From an uncultured delta proteobacterium (GTDB lineage: Bacteria; Desulfobacterota; Desulfuromonadia; Desulfuromonadales; JACZKF01): 64,000 nucleotides of DNA. Numbering within the stretch: the first letter of the stretch is position 1; each line of letters starts with the position of its first letter. The stretch lies in contig CAWFKQ010000003.1 of NCBI GenBank assembly GCA_963816395.1, positions 1 to 64,000 on the forward strand. Direction: 5' to 3'. This document shows, in pieces, positions 1-10,032 of the stretch. The notes beneath the pieces are model-generated. The model was given only the letters and a program-made list of their open reading frames with translations. It did not search any database and was not told where the DNA came from. The position numbers and the translations under genes were made by a program.

Positions 1-97
1 TTACCCGCCCCTTTGTGTCGGCCAGCCATTGCAGGACCCCTCTCCCGCTGTTAAAAGAATGGAAGGGGGAATGCGGATGGGTAAAAAGGAGGCCAAG

Positions 98-1643
98 GTG
101 AAAAAGCTCGCTCTGCCCATTGTCGCGGCCGGAAACTCCCTCTTCTTCAGTCGCATTTCGCCGCCGCCGGGACAGCAACTGGAAAGCCGTTCGGGCTGAA
201 AAACGTCGTCGAACAAGCCAGGGAACTGGCGAAAAAGCCTTTCCAGCCCCCCCCGAAGGTCCCTGACTTCTGCGTAAGATCGATTACGACCAATGGCGCG
301 ACATCCGCTTCCGACCGGAAAAGGCCCTCTGGCGGACGGAGAACCTGCCCTTTCAGGTCCAATTTTTTCATCCCGGCTTTCTCTATGACCAGACCGTGAT
401 CATCAACGTCGTCGCCGGGGGGAAGGTCGAAAGGCTCAACTTTTCTCCCGACCTCTTCAGCTACGGCTTGAACGATTTCAAGGGCAAGATCCCGCCGATC
501 TGGGATTCGCCGGTTTCCGCCTGCACTATCCGCTCAATTCCCGGAATTATTACGACGAGGTCGCCGTATTTCTCGGCGCCAGCTATTTCCGCGCGGTGGG
601 CAGAGGCCAGGTGTACGGCTTGTCGGCCAGGGCGCTGGCGATCGACACGGCGGTGCCGGCCGGCGAAGAATTTCCCTTTTTCAAGGAATTCTGGCTGCAA
701 CGGCCCGCCCCCAAAGCCAGACAACTGGTCGTCTACGCCCTGATCGACAGCCCTTCAGCCAGCGGCGCCTACCGTTTCGTCGTCCGGCCTGGAGAGGCGA
801 CGGTCATCGAGGTCACGGCGACGGTCTTTCTGCGCAAGCCGGTCGCGAAACTGGGAATAGCGCCGCTGACCAGCATGTTTTTTTATGGTGAAAATACCAA
901 CCAGCGGCCGGCCGACGATTTCCGCCCCGAGGTCCACGATTCCGACGGACTGCTGATCGCCACTGCCGCCGATGAATGGATCTGGCGGCCGCTGGAAAAT
1001 CCCCCATCGCTCTCGACACCTCCTTTCAACTGAAGCCCCCAAGGCTTTCGGGCTTATCCAGCGGGACCGGAACTTCGGTCATTATCAGGACCTGGAGGCC
1101 GATTTCCAACTGCGTCCGAGCGGCTGGATAACGCCGGCCGCGGACTGGGGCGAGGGGCAGGTGGAACTCGTGCAGATCCCGATGGACACTGAAACCAACG
1201 ACAATATCGTTTCTTTCTGGGTTCCGCAAAAGGCCCCGGACCCTCAGCAGCCGTTCTCCTTCACCTACGCCATCGGCTGGGCTGGCGACGGCCCCCTGTC
1301 GCCGCGCGGGATCGTCGTCGCCACCCGCACGGCCAAGGGGCAAGAGGAGCAGGCGAGACGGTTTCTGGTCGACTTCGCCGGCGGCAAGCTGGAATCCCTG
1401 GGAAAAGATGCCAAGATCGAAGCGATGGTCAGCGTCGGCGGCGGCAAGGTCACCGAGCAGCACCTGGAGAAGAATGTCTATACCGGGGGGTGGCGGCTGT
1501 CCTTCGAGGTTCTTCCCGACAAGGCCGGCGCCCTGGGCCAGATCCTGCCGGAAAAGATGAAGAAACCGCTCGAAATGCGCGCTCTGCTGCGGCAAGGGGA
1601 CGAGGTGTTGACGGAAACGTGGAGCTACGTGGTGTTCCCTTAG
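98..1643 (+). CDS. opgG: Periplasmic glucan biosynthesis protein G (several frameshifts)
   Basis: ORF pieces 596-1033 and 972-1643 carry MdoG motifs [48 protein letters not shown] start at 98 follows AGGAGG. Confidence 0.9.
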
Positions 1644-1678
1644 CAGGCGGAGGAAAGGACTTTTTTCAGGGAACGGCG

Positions 1679-4130
1679 ATGGCTGAAACCGATTGGCTCA
1701 CCGCCCGTGACCGGGCCGTGCTCTATGTCCGGGCCCTCTCGCTGCCCGCGGCGGCGGGGCTCGATTGCGCGGTCGAGGCCCTGGAGGGGCGCAGGCAGCC
1801 TTAGCCAGGATTGCTCCCTGAGCCCTGTCGCCGAAACCATGCGGCTGCTGCGCGAACGGCTGGCGGCGCGGCGGGCCGCCGGGGAAGAGGGGCGGAAAGG
1901 GCAATGCCAGCCTCCTCTGAACCGGGGGGCGATGGTGCCGGAGACCATGGAGCGGCGGCTTGTCCGCCGAGGCGGCGCGGCGGCGGGAAAAATGAAATGG
2001 GTGGTGACCCGGGAATCCTTGCCGCAGCCCTGGGAAAAAGTCGCCTTCTGGCGGCGAAGCCTGCTGCTGCTGCTGATTCTGCTCACCACCGCCATCGTCA
2101 CCGGCTTCATGGGGACCCTCCTGCTGCGTCAGGGCGGCTTCGGCCTGGAGCTGCTCCTGATCGTCCTCTTCGCCGTGCTCTTCGCCTGGATATCCATCGG
2201 CTTCTGGGCCAGTCTCTTCGGTTATCTCACCCTGCTGCGCCGCCATGACCGGTTTGCCGTTGACAGCGCTCCAGGCGTAGAGAAGGCGCCGATTTCGCCG
2301 GAGGCCCGCACCGCCATTCTCATCCCCATCTGTGACGAGGAGGTGGAGCGGGTGTTCGCCGGTCTCTATGCGACCTACCAGTCGCTCGGCAAAACCGGCA
2401 GCCTGGAGCAATTCGATTTCTTCGTGCTCAGCGACAGCCGCAACCCCGATCACTGGGTCGAGGAGGAGGTCGCCTGGGACGAGCTGTGCCGCGTGTTGGG
2501 GGCAACCGGCAGGATTTTCTACCGGCGCCGGCGGGTCAATCTCAAACGCAAGAGTGGCAACGTCGCCGATTTCTGCCGGCGCTGGGGGCGCAATTACCGC
2601 TACATGGTCATCTTCGACGCCGACAGCGTCATGACGGGTCCGACCCTCGTCCGCATGCTGCGGCTGATGGAAGCCCGACCGACCATGGGCATTCTGCAGA
2701 GCGCCCCCCTGATCGTCAACCATGACACGCTCTTCGCGCGCCTGCAGCAGTTCGCCAATCACGTCTACGGCCCCCTCTTTGCGGCCGGCCTGCACTTCTG
2801 GCAGCTCGGCGACGGCCAGTACTGGGGGCACAACGCCATCATCCGCGTTGCCCCCTTCATGCAGCACTGCGCATTACCGAGACTGCCGGGAAAACCTCCC
2901 CTCGGCGGCGACATCCTCAGTCACGATTTCGTCGAGGCCACGCTGATGCGGCGGGCCGGCTGGGGGGTCTGGCTGGACTATGTACCGGGGGGGAGCTTCG
3001 AGGAGATGCCGCCCAACCTGCTGGCGGAGTTGAAGCGCGACCGGCGCTGGTGCCAGGGCAACCTGCAGCACCTGCGGCTGCTGTTCACCCGGGGGATCTT
3101 CCCCGCCCATCGGGCGCTTTTTCTGAACGGAGCCATGTCCTACGTCTCGGCCCTGTTCTGGTTTCTTTTTCTGGGCGCGAGCACGGTCGCGGCGCTGGTC
3201 GAGGCTCTCACCGAGCCGAACTATTTCCCGGCGAAATTCAGCCTGTTCCCGAACTGGACGGTGTGGAAGCCGGAGTGGGCGCTGATCCTGCTGGGAGCTA
3301 CCGCGGTCATTCTTTTTCTCCCCAAGCTGCTCAGCGCCGTGTACATCCTCCTCCATCAGAGGCGCGGGCGGGATTTCGGGGGCGGGGGGAAACTGCTCCT
3401 CAGTGTCCTGGTCGAAGCGATTTTTTCGACCCTTTTCGCCCCCATCCGGATGCTGTTTCACAGCCGGTTCGTTTTCCTGACCTTGCTCGGCCAGCAGGTG
3501 GGCTGGGGGACGCAAGCCAGGAGCGACCAGGGGACCGGCTGGCTCGAAGCCCTCAGGTTCCATGGTACCGAACTGCTCCTCGGGGTTCTCTGGGGCGCCG
3601 CCGTGTATTTGATCAACCCCTCCTTTTTCTGGTGGCTCACCCCGATACTCATCGCCCTCATCTGCTCCATCCCGCTGACGATGTATACCAGCCGTGCCGA
3701 TGCCGGGCGAAGATTCCGCCAATCGGGATTGTTTCTCATCCCCGAGGAGATCGACCCGCCGCCGGAGTTGACCTGGCTGCATAACCGTCACCAGGAGACG
3801 CAGGCAGCCACCCCGCCTTTGCCCATCGCGAGGCAGGAGGGGTTTCGCCTGGCAGTCGTCGACCCTTTCACGCATGCCCTGCATCTTTCCCTGCTCGGGG
3901 GGAAAAGAAAGGTTTCACCTGCCATTGCCGGTCGCCGCCGGAAAATTCGGGAAAAGGCGCTGGCGCAAGGTCCGGATAGCCTGAATGGGGCGGAAAAGAA
4001 GACCTTGATCTCCGATGCGGCTTCCCTGCAGGCACTCCATAAAGCTGTCTGGGAACTTCCCGACGATGCCCGGGCGAGAGCGTGGGGACTTGCCTTCCCC
4101 GGCGGAAATGCAGCGGCGCCGGCGCCATAA
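1679..4130 (+). CDS. opgH: Glucan biosynthesis glucosyltransferase H (GT2); N-terminal frameshift
   Basis: Motifs KRKSGNVADFCRRWG, FDADS, LSHDFVEA, RDRRWCQGNLQH; multiple TM helices; follows opgG. Confidence 0.93.
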
Positions 4131-4277
4131 CTAATTCGAGCAGTTGCCGGCTCGCTCTGCAGGCACGGCTATAAAGAGGTAGAGGGTGGCGGTTCTGCAG
4201 AGCATGCCAGCAAGTGAAGGTGATCGGTGGTGGCCGGCGTACGAGTCAGCGGGCCAGGGCCAAAACTGTGGGGGAAC

Positions 4278-4311
4278 AAAAAAATGCCGGCAAGATTGCC
4301 GGCATTTTTTT
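4278..4311. terminator. Bidirectional intrinsic terminator
   Basis: A-run ATGCCGGCAA-GA-TTGCCGGCAT T-run between convergent opgH and a small lipoprotein gene. Confidence 0.8.
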
Positions 4312-4361
4312 CCATGTTATCGGGCCACTGTCCAGAAGCGCAGGCGGTGGGATTCGCCAGG

Positions 4362-4514
4362 CTATTTGCCAACCGGCATCTCGAATTCGTAGCCGCAGGC
4401 CGGGCATTTCACGTGTTGGGAGCCCTGTTGTGGGGTGGTGGCGCAGCCAGCGAGGGAGGAGAACAGCACGGCAGCCGCCAGAATGGATGCGATTTTACTG
4501 CTGGTTTTTCTCAT
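4362..4514 (-). CDS. Small lipoprotein with CPACG zinc-knuckle-like motif
   Basis: MRKTSSKIASILAAAVLFSSLAG-C lipobox, then HVKCPACGYEF; terminator downstream. Confidence 0.7.
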   Translation of the reverse strand: MRKTSSKIASILAAAVLFSSLAGCATTPQQGSQHVKCPACGYEFEMPVGK

Positions 4515-4822
4515 TTTTTCCACCTCTCTGTTCCGAAAGATAATGCATTCTCTCATGGTCTTAATAACATTATAAAAAATCCTGAGTGTTTTGCAAGGTT
4601 ATGCCGGGGGCGCCGGCGAGTTTTTGCGTCAACAACTCCTCACTTTTCGCCAATAAAAGCCGAGGTCGAAGAGGGAGGCGACGATCCCCCCGCCCAGGCC
4701 GGTGAGGACGAGCCCGCAACGGTAGCGGCTGGAGGGGGGTGCGCGTTTGTTGGGGTCCTCGACGTCTGGGGGGAAGGTGCGGCAGGCAGAAAAGCGGGGG
4801 CGGCGTTTGGCGGAAGGTGGGC

Positions 4823-4856
4823 AAAGGAAAGAGCCGCTTCCTGCCGGAAGCGGCTC
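4823..4856 (-). terminator. Intrinsic terminator of the small zinc-ribbon gene
   Basis: GAGCCGCTTCC-ggca-GGAAGCGGCTC followed by TTTCCTTT on the minus strand. Confidence 0.7.
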
Positions 4857-4877
4857 CCGATTGCAACCTCCCGGCAA

Positions 4878-5018
4878 TTATCTCCGGGAGGATTCTCTGC
4901 TGCTGGTGAGGAGATCGGCGCTGCCGCAGTTTGGACACCGGGCAGAGGCTACCCGGGGTCTACGCCGGAAGGTTTCGCCGCATCGATTGCAGGTGAGGTC
5001 GGTCAGGGTATCGTTCAT
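4878..5018 (-). CDS. 46-aa zinc-ribbon protein (not in the ORF track)
   Basis: Hand translation MNDTLTDLTCNRCGETFRRRPRVASARCPNCGSADLLTSSRESSRR; two CxxC motifs, AAGGAGG RBS, terminator just downstream. Confidence 0.65.
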   Translation of the reverse strand: MNDTLTDLTCNRCGETFRRRPRVASARCPNCGSADLLTSSRESSRR

Positions 5019-5127
5019 CGCCTTTCCTCCTTGGAGATGGGTTGCTTTACCCGGGCCTTGGCCCCGATGAGGATTTGGGCTTCACCTTACCAGCTTTTTC
5101 AACGCGCGCAAGCGTTGCCGGCGGAGT

Positions 5128-5619
5128 TCAGGGCCGGATTTCCCCGACTCCGGCGCTGACGATCGGCAGATCGGGATAGCGCTGCTGCGCCAACGTTTTC
5201 TCCCGCCCAAAACCTTCCAGGAGCTGTGCGGCATGTCTCTCCGACAGGACCCGTTGGAGGTCGGGGAAGATCAGTTCTTCCTCCATCCGGATATGGCGTT
5301 CCACCAGGTCGCGAGCCGTTGCCAACTGGGTCCGGAAGGCCTCGCTGTCGACCGTCAGCCGGGTGAGTTCCTGCAGGGCCGCCTGCGCCGCGTGGTGTTC
5401 GCCGATGGCTTCCCGGGCATCGGCCCAGGCCGCCTGGTCGGGACGCAAGGCCGGGTAGACGATCTGTTCCTCACCGATCATGTGCGGCAGGACGGCGCGC
5501 AGAAGCTGGTCGAGAAGCTCTCTGCTCACGTTCGCATCGCCGCTCTCCTGCAGGCGTCCGAAGAGGGAGCGGACCTCCCGATGGTCGGTGCGCAGGGTTT
5601 CCAGAAGCTGCTCGTGCAT
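5128..5619 (-). CDS. Hemerythrin (HHE) domain protein
   Basis: DH...HMIGEEQIVYP...EH...HIRMEEELIFP hemerythrin-like ligand pattern. Confidence 0.85.
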   Translation of the reverse strand: MHEQLLETLRTDHREVRSLFGRLQESGDANVSRELLDQLLRAVLPHMIGEEQIVYPALRPDQAAWADAREAIGEHHAAQAALQELTRLTVDSEAFRTQLATARDLVERHIRMEEELIFPDLQRVLSERHAAQLLEGFGREKTLAQQRYPDLPIVSAGVGEIRP

Positions 5620-5731
5620 GGGGTCTCTCCTTGTGCTGAGTATGGTTCCAGCCTAGATCGATCACGGTCGCTGTCAAGGAGGGATGGGCGGGGGAGGGCA
5701 CCGGAGGTGCAGCAAAAGCGGGCCTGGCGAG

Positions 5732-5995
5732 TTATTCCACCCGGGTGTCAGACGGCAGTGCGGGACCGAGGCTCTGTTCGGCATCCTCCAGCAGCGCGAT
5801 CACTTCGTCGGCGTCCTCCCAGCGGGCCAGCTGCAGGATTTCCTGCCAGGTCGCCCGCCGGCAAATGGCCCGGCCGGTCGGGCTGTCCGCCGGCAGCAGC
5901 GTCGCCAGGTGGACGAGCAGCCAGTTGACCGCGGCGATCTCCTCCCGCAGCTCCCGGCGGGATCGGGTGCGCTCGGCGAAGGGGACTTCTGTCAT
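5732..5995 (-). CDS. Hypothetical protein
   Basis: ORF co-oriented with neighbours. The longer in-frame start overlaps a palindromic repeat, so the ATG at 5995 was chosen. Confidence 0.45.
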   Translation of the reverse strand: MTEVPFAERTRSRRELREEIAAVNWLLVHLATLLPADSPTGRAICRRATWQEILQLARWEDADEVIALLEDAEQSLGPALPSDTRVE

Positions 5996-6028
5996 TTTAC
6001 CGTGGTCGGGCACGGTCTCCTCCCCGCA

Positions 6029-6148
6029 AGGCTGATGAAAAATGCCCATCTGCGGCGTCGCCCTTGTCCTTCGTCAACGACGTACCTTCGGTACGCCTTA
6101 TGTCGAAGAACTTCAGGCGCCTTGCATCTGGGCATTTTTGCTCAGCCT
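6029..6148. repeat. ~120-bp palindromic element (REP/MITE-like)
   Basis: Ends AGGCTGATGAAAAATGCCCATCTGC and GCATCTGGGCATTTTTGCTCAGCCT are imperfect inverted repeats; central CGTACC-TTC-GGTACG hairpin. Confidence 0.75.
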
Positions 6149-6179
6149 GAGGGAAAACGATCATTTCATCCGCCTGCTG

Positions 6180-6782
6180 CTAAAGCTGCTGGTAAAAAGA
6201 GGGGTGCAGATACTGGAACGACTGCACGAAGCGATCGAAATCGGCCAGCACGGAGCGGTCGAATTCGGCTCCGGCCGGGCGCCACTGGGTGAAGTAGAAG
6301 GCGACCACCCGCTCGCCGCGATGGGCAAAGACCACCCTGGCCAGGACCTTTTGTCCCGTGACCGGTTCCCGTCCCTCCGTCACCGCCTCCAGGCCCTCAC
6401 TGCCGAGCACCGTGATCGGGCGGGTCTGCGGTGCCTCGAAGCGGATGCGGCCGGCCCAGAGAAACCGCCGGAAGAATTCCCTCTGGCGCTGCTGCAGATC
6501 GCGCGAATAGCCGAAAGGCTCCTCGCTGTAGGCTATGGTCGACTGGCTGGGGAAGGGACCGGTTCCCGGTCGGATAAAGGCGAAGGCATAATCCTCATCC
6601 TCGAGGGGCAGCAGCTGCCAGCCTTGCCCGGGTGGCGAGAAGGTGTATTCCTCCCCCCAGACCACCGTCCCCTCCGGGGTGATCCGGTAGTGATGGGGGG
6701 ACTCCGGTCGGCCGGCGGCAAGGCAGCCGGGCAGGGTGAGCAGCAGTGAGGTCAGCAGCAGAAATGCCGGGCGCACCTTCAT
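6180..6782 (-). CDS. Hypothetical lipoprotein
   Basis: Signal peptide with LPG-C lipobox; ATGA overlap with the upstream peroxiredoxin. Confidence 0.7.
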   Translation of the reverse strand: MKVRPAFLLLTSLLLTLPGCLAAGRPESPHHYRITPEGTVVWGEEYTFSPPGQGWQLLPLEDEDYAFAFIRPGTGPFPSQSTIAYSEEPFGYSRDLQQRQREFFRRFLWAGRIRFEAPQTRPITVLGSEGLEAVTEGREPVTGQKVLARVVFAHRGERVVAFYFTQWRPAGAEFDRSVLADFDRFVQSFQYLHPSFYQQL

Positions 6783-7327
6783 GGTCTGTCCTCCTCCTGG
6801 TGCAGTTGCCGCAGCAGCAGCAGGATCTCCCGGTAATCGGGAGAGCCGTCCCGTACGTAGCGGATGACCCCCCGGCGGTCGATCACCACCGTGCGCCGGG
6901 AGAAGGTCGGGCTCCCCGCTTCCAGGGCGCCGAGATTCAGGCCCAGATAGCCGCTGATGTTGGAGAGCAGGGGAAAGGTCAGCCCCAGCTCGCCGGCCCA
7001 GTACTTCAGGGTGGTGACGTCGTCCCGGCTGACGCCCGCGACGCGGGCGTTGAAGCGGTCATAGAGGTAGAGGTTCCTCTGATGACCCTCCATCTCCCCC
7101 GTTCAGACGGGGGTGAAGGCGGCCGGAAAGAAGGTGAGCACCAGGTGGTGGCGGCCATAGTAGTCGGTTTCATAATTGACCAGCCGGTCCTGGGATGAAG
7201 CCAGGGAAAAGAGCGGAGCGCTGGTGCCGACCAGCGCCGGTGGGGCGGTTGCACCCCGGGCGGGAAAGGCCAGGGTGAGGGCGACGAGCAGGCCGGAGAG
7301 CGCCCGGCCGATGAGCTTCGTCCGCAT
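6779..7327 (-). CDS. Secreted AhpC/TSA-type peroxiredoxin, selenoprotein (UGA at 7103-7105)
   Basis: ORFs 7103-7327 and 6779-7093 are in frame, giving FFPAAFTPV-U-TGEM. The UGA sits at the peroxidatic Cys of PxxxTxxC. RRTVVID motif; N-terminal signal peptide. Confidence 0.9.
7057..7087 (-). promoter_or_regulatory. Candidate bacterial SECIS hairpin
   Basis: GGUCAU-C-AGAGG-AACCUCUA-CCUCU-AUGACC, separated from the UGA by 15 nt. Confidence 0.6.
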
Positions 7328-7424
7328 CGTTTCCTCCTTTGCAGCGTGGAGAGGCAGTGAGAACGCTCACAGATGCAATGATGTCACTACTATACCACGG
7401 CCCGCTGCCCGTTCTCTCGTGGCC

Positions 7425-9935
7425 TTATCCGACCGGCTGGGCGGGCACCGGCTGCAGTTGCCAGATCTCCCGGTTGTACTCCTGCATCGTGCGATCGGTG
7501 GAGAAGCGACCACTGGCGGCGGTGTTGAGGATGCTCAGGCGCGTCCAGCGTTCGTGGTCGCGGAAGGCGGCGGCAACCTGCCGCTGCGCCTCGAGGTAGC
7601 TGCGAAAATCAGCCGCGGTCATCCAGGGGTCATGCGGGCTGGTGATGGAGCGCCGGATCGAATCGAAAATACCCGGCTCGAACTGGTTGAAATGGTTGCT
7701 TTCCAGCAGCTGCATGACCCGCCGCAGGTCCTCGTCGCCGGCAATCACGGCGAGCGGATCGTAGTGGCGGCGCTGTTCCTCCACCTGCCCGGCGGTGAGG
7801 CCGAAGAGGAAGAAATTCTCTTCGCCCACCTCCTCGCGGATTTCGATGTTGGCGCCGTCCAGGGTGCCGATGGTCACTGCCCCGTTCATCATGAATTTCA
7901 TATTGCCGGTACCGGAGGCCTCCTTGCCGGCGGTGGAGATCTGCTCGGAAAGATCGGTGCCGGGGGCAATGATTTCCATGGCGCTGACCCGGTAGTCGGG
8001 GAGGAAAGCCACCTTCAGTCGGCCGTCGACCTGCGGATCGTTGTTGATCACCCGAGCAACGTTGTTGATCAGCTTGATGATGCTCTTGGCCATGAAATAG
8101 CCGGGCGCCGCCTTGCCGCCGATGAGAACGCAGCGGTCGGTCCAGTCGGCAAGATCGCCCCGCTTGATCCGGTCGTAAAGGTGGATGACATGCAGGATGT
8201 TGAGAAGCTGGCGCTTGTATTCGTGAATGCGTTTGACCTGGACGTCGAACAGCGCCGCGGGATGGAAATCGACCCCGCACTCATCCTTGACCAGGGCCGC
8301 CAGGCGCTTCTTGTTCGCCTGCCGCACCGCCTGCCAGCGCTCGCGGAAGGCCGCATCGCCGGCGTGATCGGCCAGGCGGGCGAGCTGCGGCAATTCGGAT
8401 ACCCAGCCGTCACCAATGGTCTCGCTGATCAGGCGGGAGAGGCCGGGGTTGCACCAGGCGAGCCAGCGGCGGGGCGTCACCCCGTTGGTCTTGTTGTTGA
8501 ATTTCTCCGGCCAAAGCTCATGGAAGTCGTGGAACAGCCCTTCGGCGAGGAGGCAGGAGTGGAGGGCGGCCACCCCGTTCACCGAGAAGCTGCCGACGAT
8601 GGCCAGGTAGGCCATACGCACCATCGGCTCCGGCCCTTCCTCGATCAGCGACATGCGCCGCTGCCGGTCGGTATCGCCCGGCCAGCGGCGGGCCACCTCG
8701 GCGAGGAAGCGGGCGTTGATCTCGTAGATGATCTCCAGCAGCCGCGGCAGCAGGCGCTGGAAGAGGCGCACCGGCCATTTCTCCAGCGCTTCGGGCAGCA
8801 GAGTGTGGTTGGTGTAGGCCATGGTGCGGCTGGTGATCGCCCAGGCCGCCTCCCAGCCCAGGCCGTGTTCATCCATCAGCAGGCGCATCAGCTCCGGCAC
8901 GCAGCAGCTCGGATGGGTGTCGTTGAGCTGAAAGACGTTTTTTTCGGCGAAGACGGCGAGGTTCTGGCCATTCGTCCCGACCCAGCGCGCCAGCACGTCC
9001 TGCAGGCTGGCCGAGGCGAGGAAATACTGCTGCCTCAGGCGCAATTCTTTGCCGTTTTCGCTGGCATCGTTGGGATAAAGAACCATGGTGATGTGCTCGG
9101 CCTCGTTCTTGGCCGCCACCGACTCGGGATAGAGCCCGGCGTTGAACTCACCGAGGTCGAACTCCTCGGTGGCCACTGCCTTCCACAGCCGCAGAGTGTT
9201 CACCGTGCCGTTGCGGAAGCCGGGAATCGGCACATCATAGGGAACGGCGAGCACGTCGCGGGTTCCCACCCAGCGCATCCGCAGCTCGCCTCGCGGGCCG
9301 CTGTCGCTCTGCGTGCGCCCCTCGAAGCGCACCCGCTGGCTGTACTCGGGGCGTTCGATCTCCCAGGGATTGCCGGCGCGCAGCCAGTGGTCGGGTTCCT
9401 CCACCTGCTGACCGTCGACGATCTTCTGCCGGAACATGCCGTATTCATAGCGGATGCCGTATCCCTGTACCGGCAGCTGCAGGGTGGCGCAGCTGTCGAG
9501 GAAGCAGGCCGCCAGACGCCCCAGGCCGCCGTTGCCGAGGCCGGCGTCGTTTTCAGCCTCGGCGAGTTCCTCCATACTCATGCCCAGGCACTGCAGGGCG
9601 AGGGTAGTCGTCTCCCGCAGGCCGAGGTTGAGGGCTGCGTTCCCCAGCGCTCGGCCCATGAGAAATTCCATGGAGAGATAGTAGCCGCGCCGGCAGTCGG
9701 CCTCGTCATAGGCATAACGGGTGTTCTTCCAACGCTCCATCAAGCGGTCGCGCAGGATGAGGGCGAGCGCTTCATAGGCGTAGTGGACCGACTGGCAATG
9801 GCGATCGCGCCCGAGGTTGTAGGTATAGTAACGGCGGAAATCCTCGACCAGACTGTGGACGTCCATGCCGAGAGGGGGGAGCTCGGTCAGGTCGGGCAGG
9901 GGGGTGGTATGAAAAAGCTGATCGCGAAAATACAT
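7425..9935 (-). CDS. glgP: Glycogen/alpha-glucan phosphorylase
   Basis: GLGNGGLGRLAACFLDS, QLNDTHP, KRIHEYKRQ, EASGTGNMK (PLP lysine). Confidence 0.97.
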   Translation of the reverse strand: MYFRDQLFHTTPLPDLTELPPLGMDVHSLVEDFRRYYTYNLGRDRHCQSVHYAYEALALILRDRLMERWKNTRYAYDEADCRRGYYLSMEFLMGRALGNAALNLGLRETTTLALQCLGMSMEELAEAENDAGLGNGGLGRLAACFLDSCATLQLPVQGYGIRYEYGMFRQKIVDGQQVEEPDHWLRAGNPWEIERPEYSQRVRFEGRTQSDSGPRGELRMRWVGTRDVLAVPYDVPIPGFRNGTVNTLRLWKAVATEEFDLGEFNAGLYPESVAAKNEAEHITMVLYPNDASENGKELRLRQQYFLASASLQDVLARWVGTNGQNLAVFAEKNVFQLNDTHPSCCVPELMRLLMDEHGLGWEAAWAITSRTMAYTNHTLLPEALEKWPVRLFQRLLPRLLEIIYEINARFLAEVARRWPGDTDRQRRMSLIEEGPEPMVRMAYLAIVGSFSVNGVAALHSCLLAEGLFHDFHELWPEKFNNKTNGVTPRRWLAWCNPGLSRLISETIGDGWVSELPQLARLADHAGDAAFRERWQAVRQANKKRLAALVKDECGVDFHPAALFDVQVKRIHEYKRQLLNILHVIHLYDRIKRGDLADWTDRCVLIGGKAAPGYFMAKSIIKLINNVARVINNDPQVDGRLKVAFLPDYRVSAMEIIAPGTDLSEQISTAGKEASGTGNMKFMMNGAVTIGTLDGANIEIREEVGEENFFLFGLTAGQVEEQRRHYDPLAVIAGDEDLRRVMQLLESNHFNQFEPGIFDSIRRSITSPHDPWMTAADFRSYLEAQRQVAAAFRDHERWTRLSILNTAASGRFSTDRTMQEYNREIWQLQPVPAQPVG

Positions 9936-10032
9936 GTCCTCTTCTTTTCTGGAATAGGGTAGGTGCGGGAGATCCGGCAAACGTACATCATTTTAGCACA
10001 GGAAGCGGGACTGCAAGCAAGTCCCGGGCGTT

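Noticed and set aside
7176..9962. Long antisense ORFs (928 aa here; also opposite lon, cheA, pepN, hsdM)
   Set aside because: Shadow ORFs of high-GC codon usage with no recognisable motifs.
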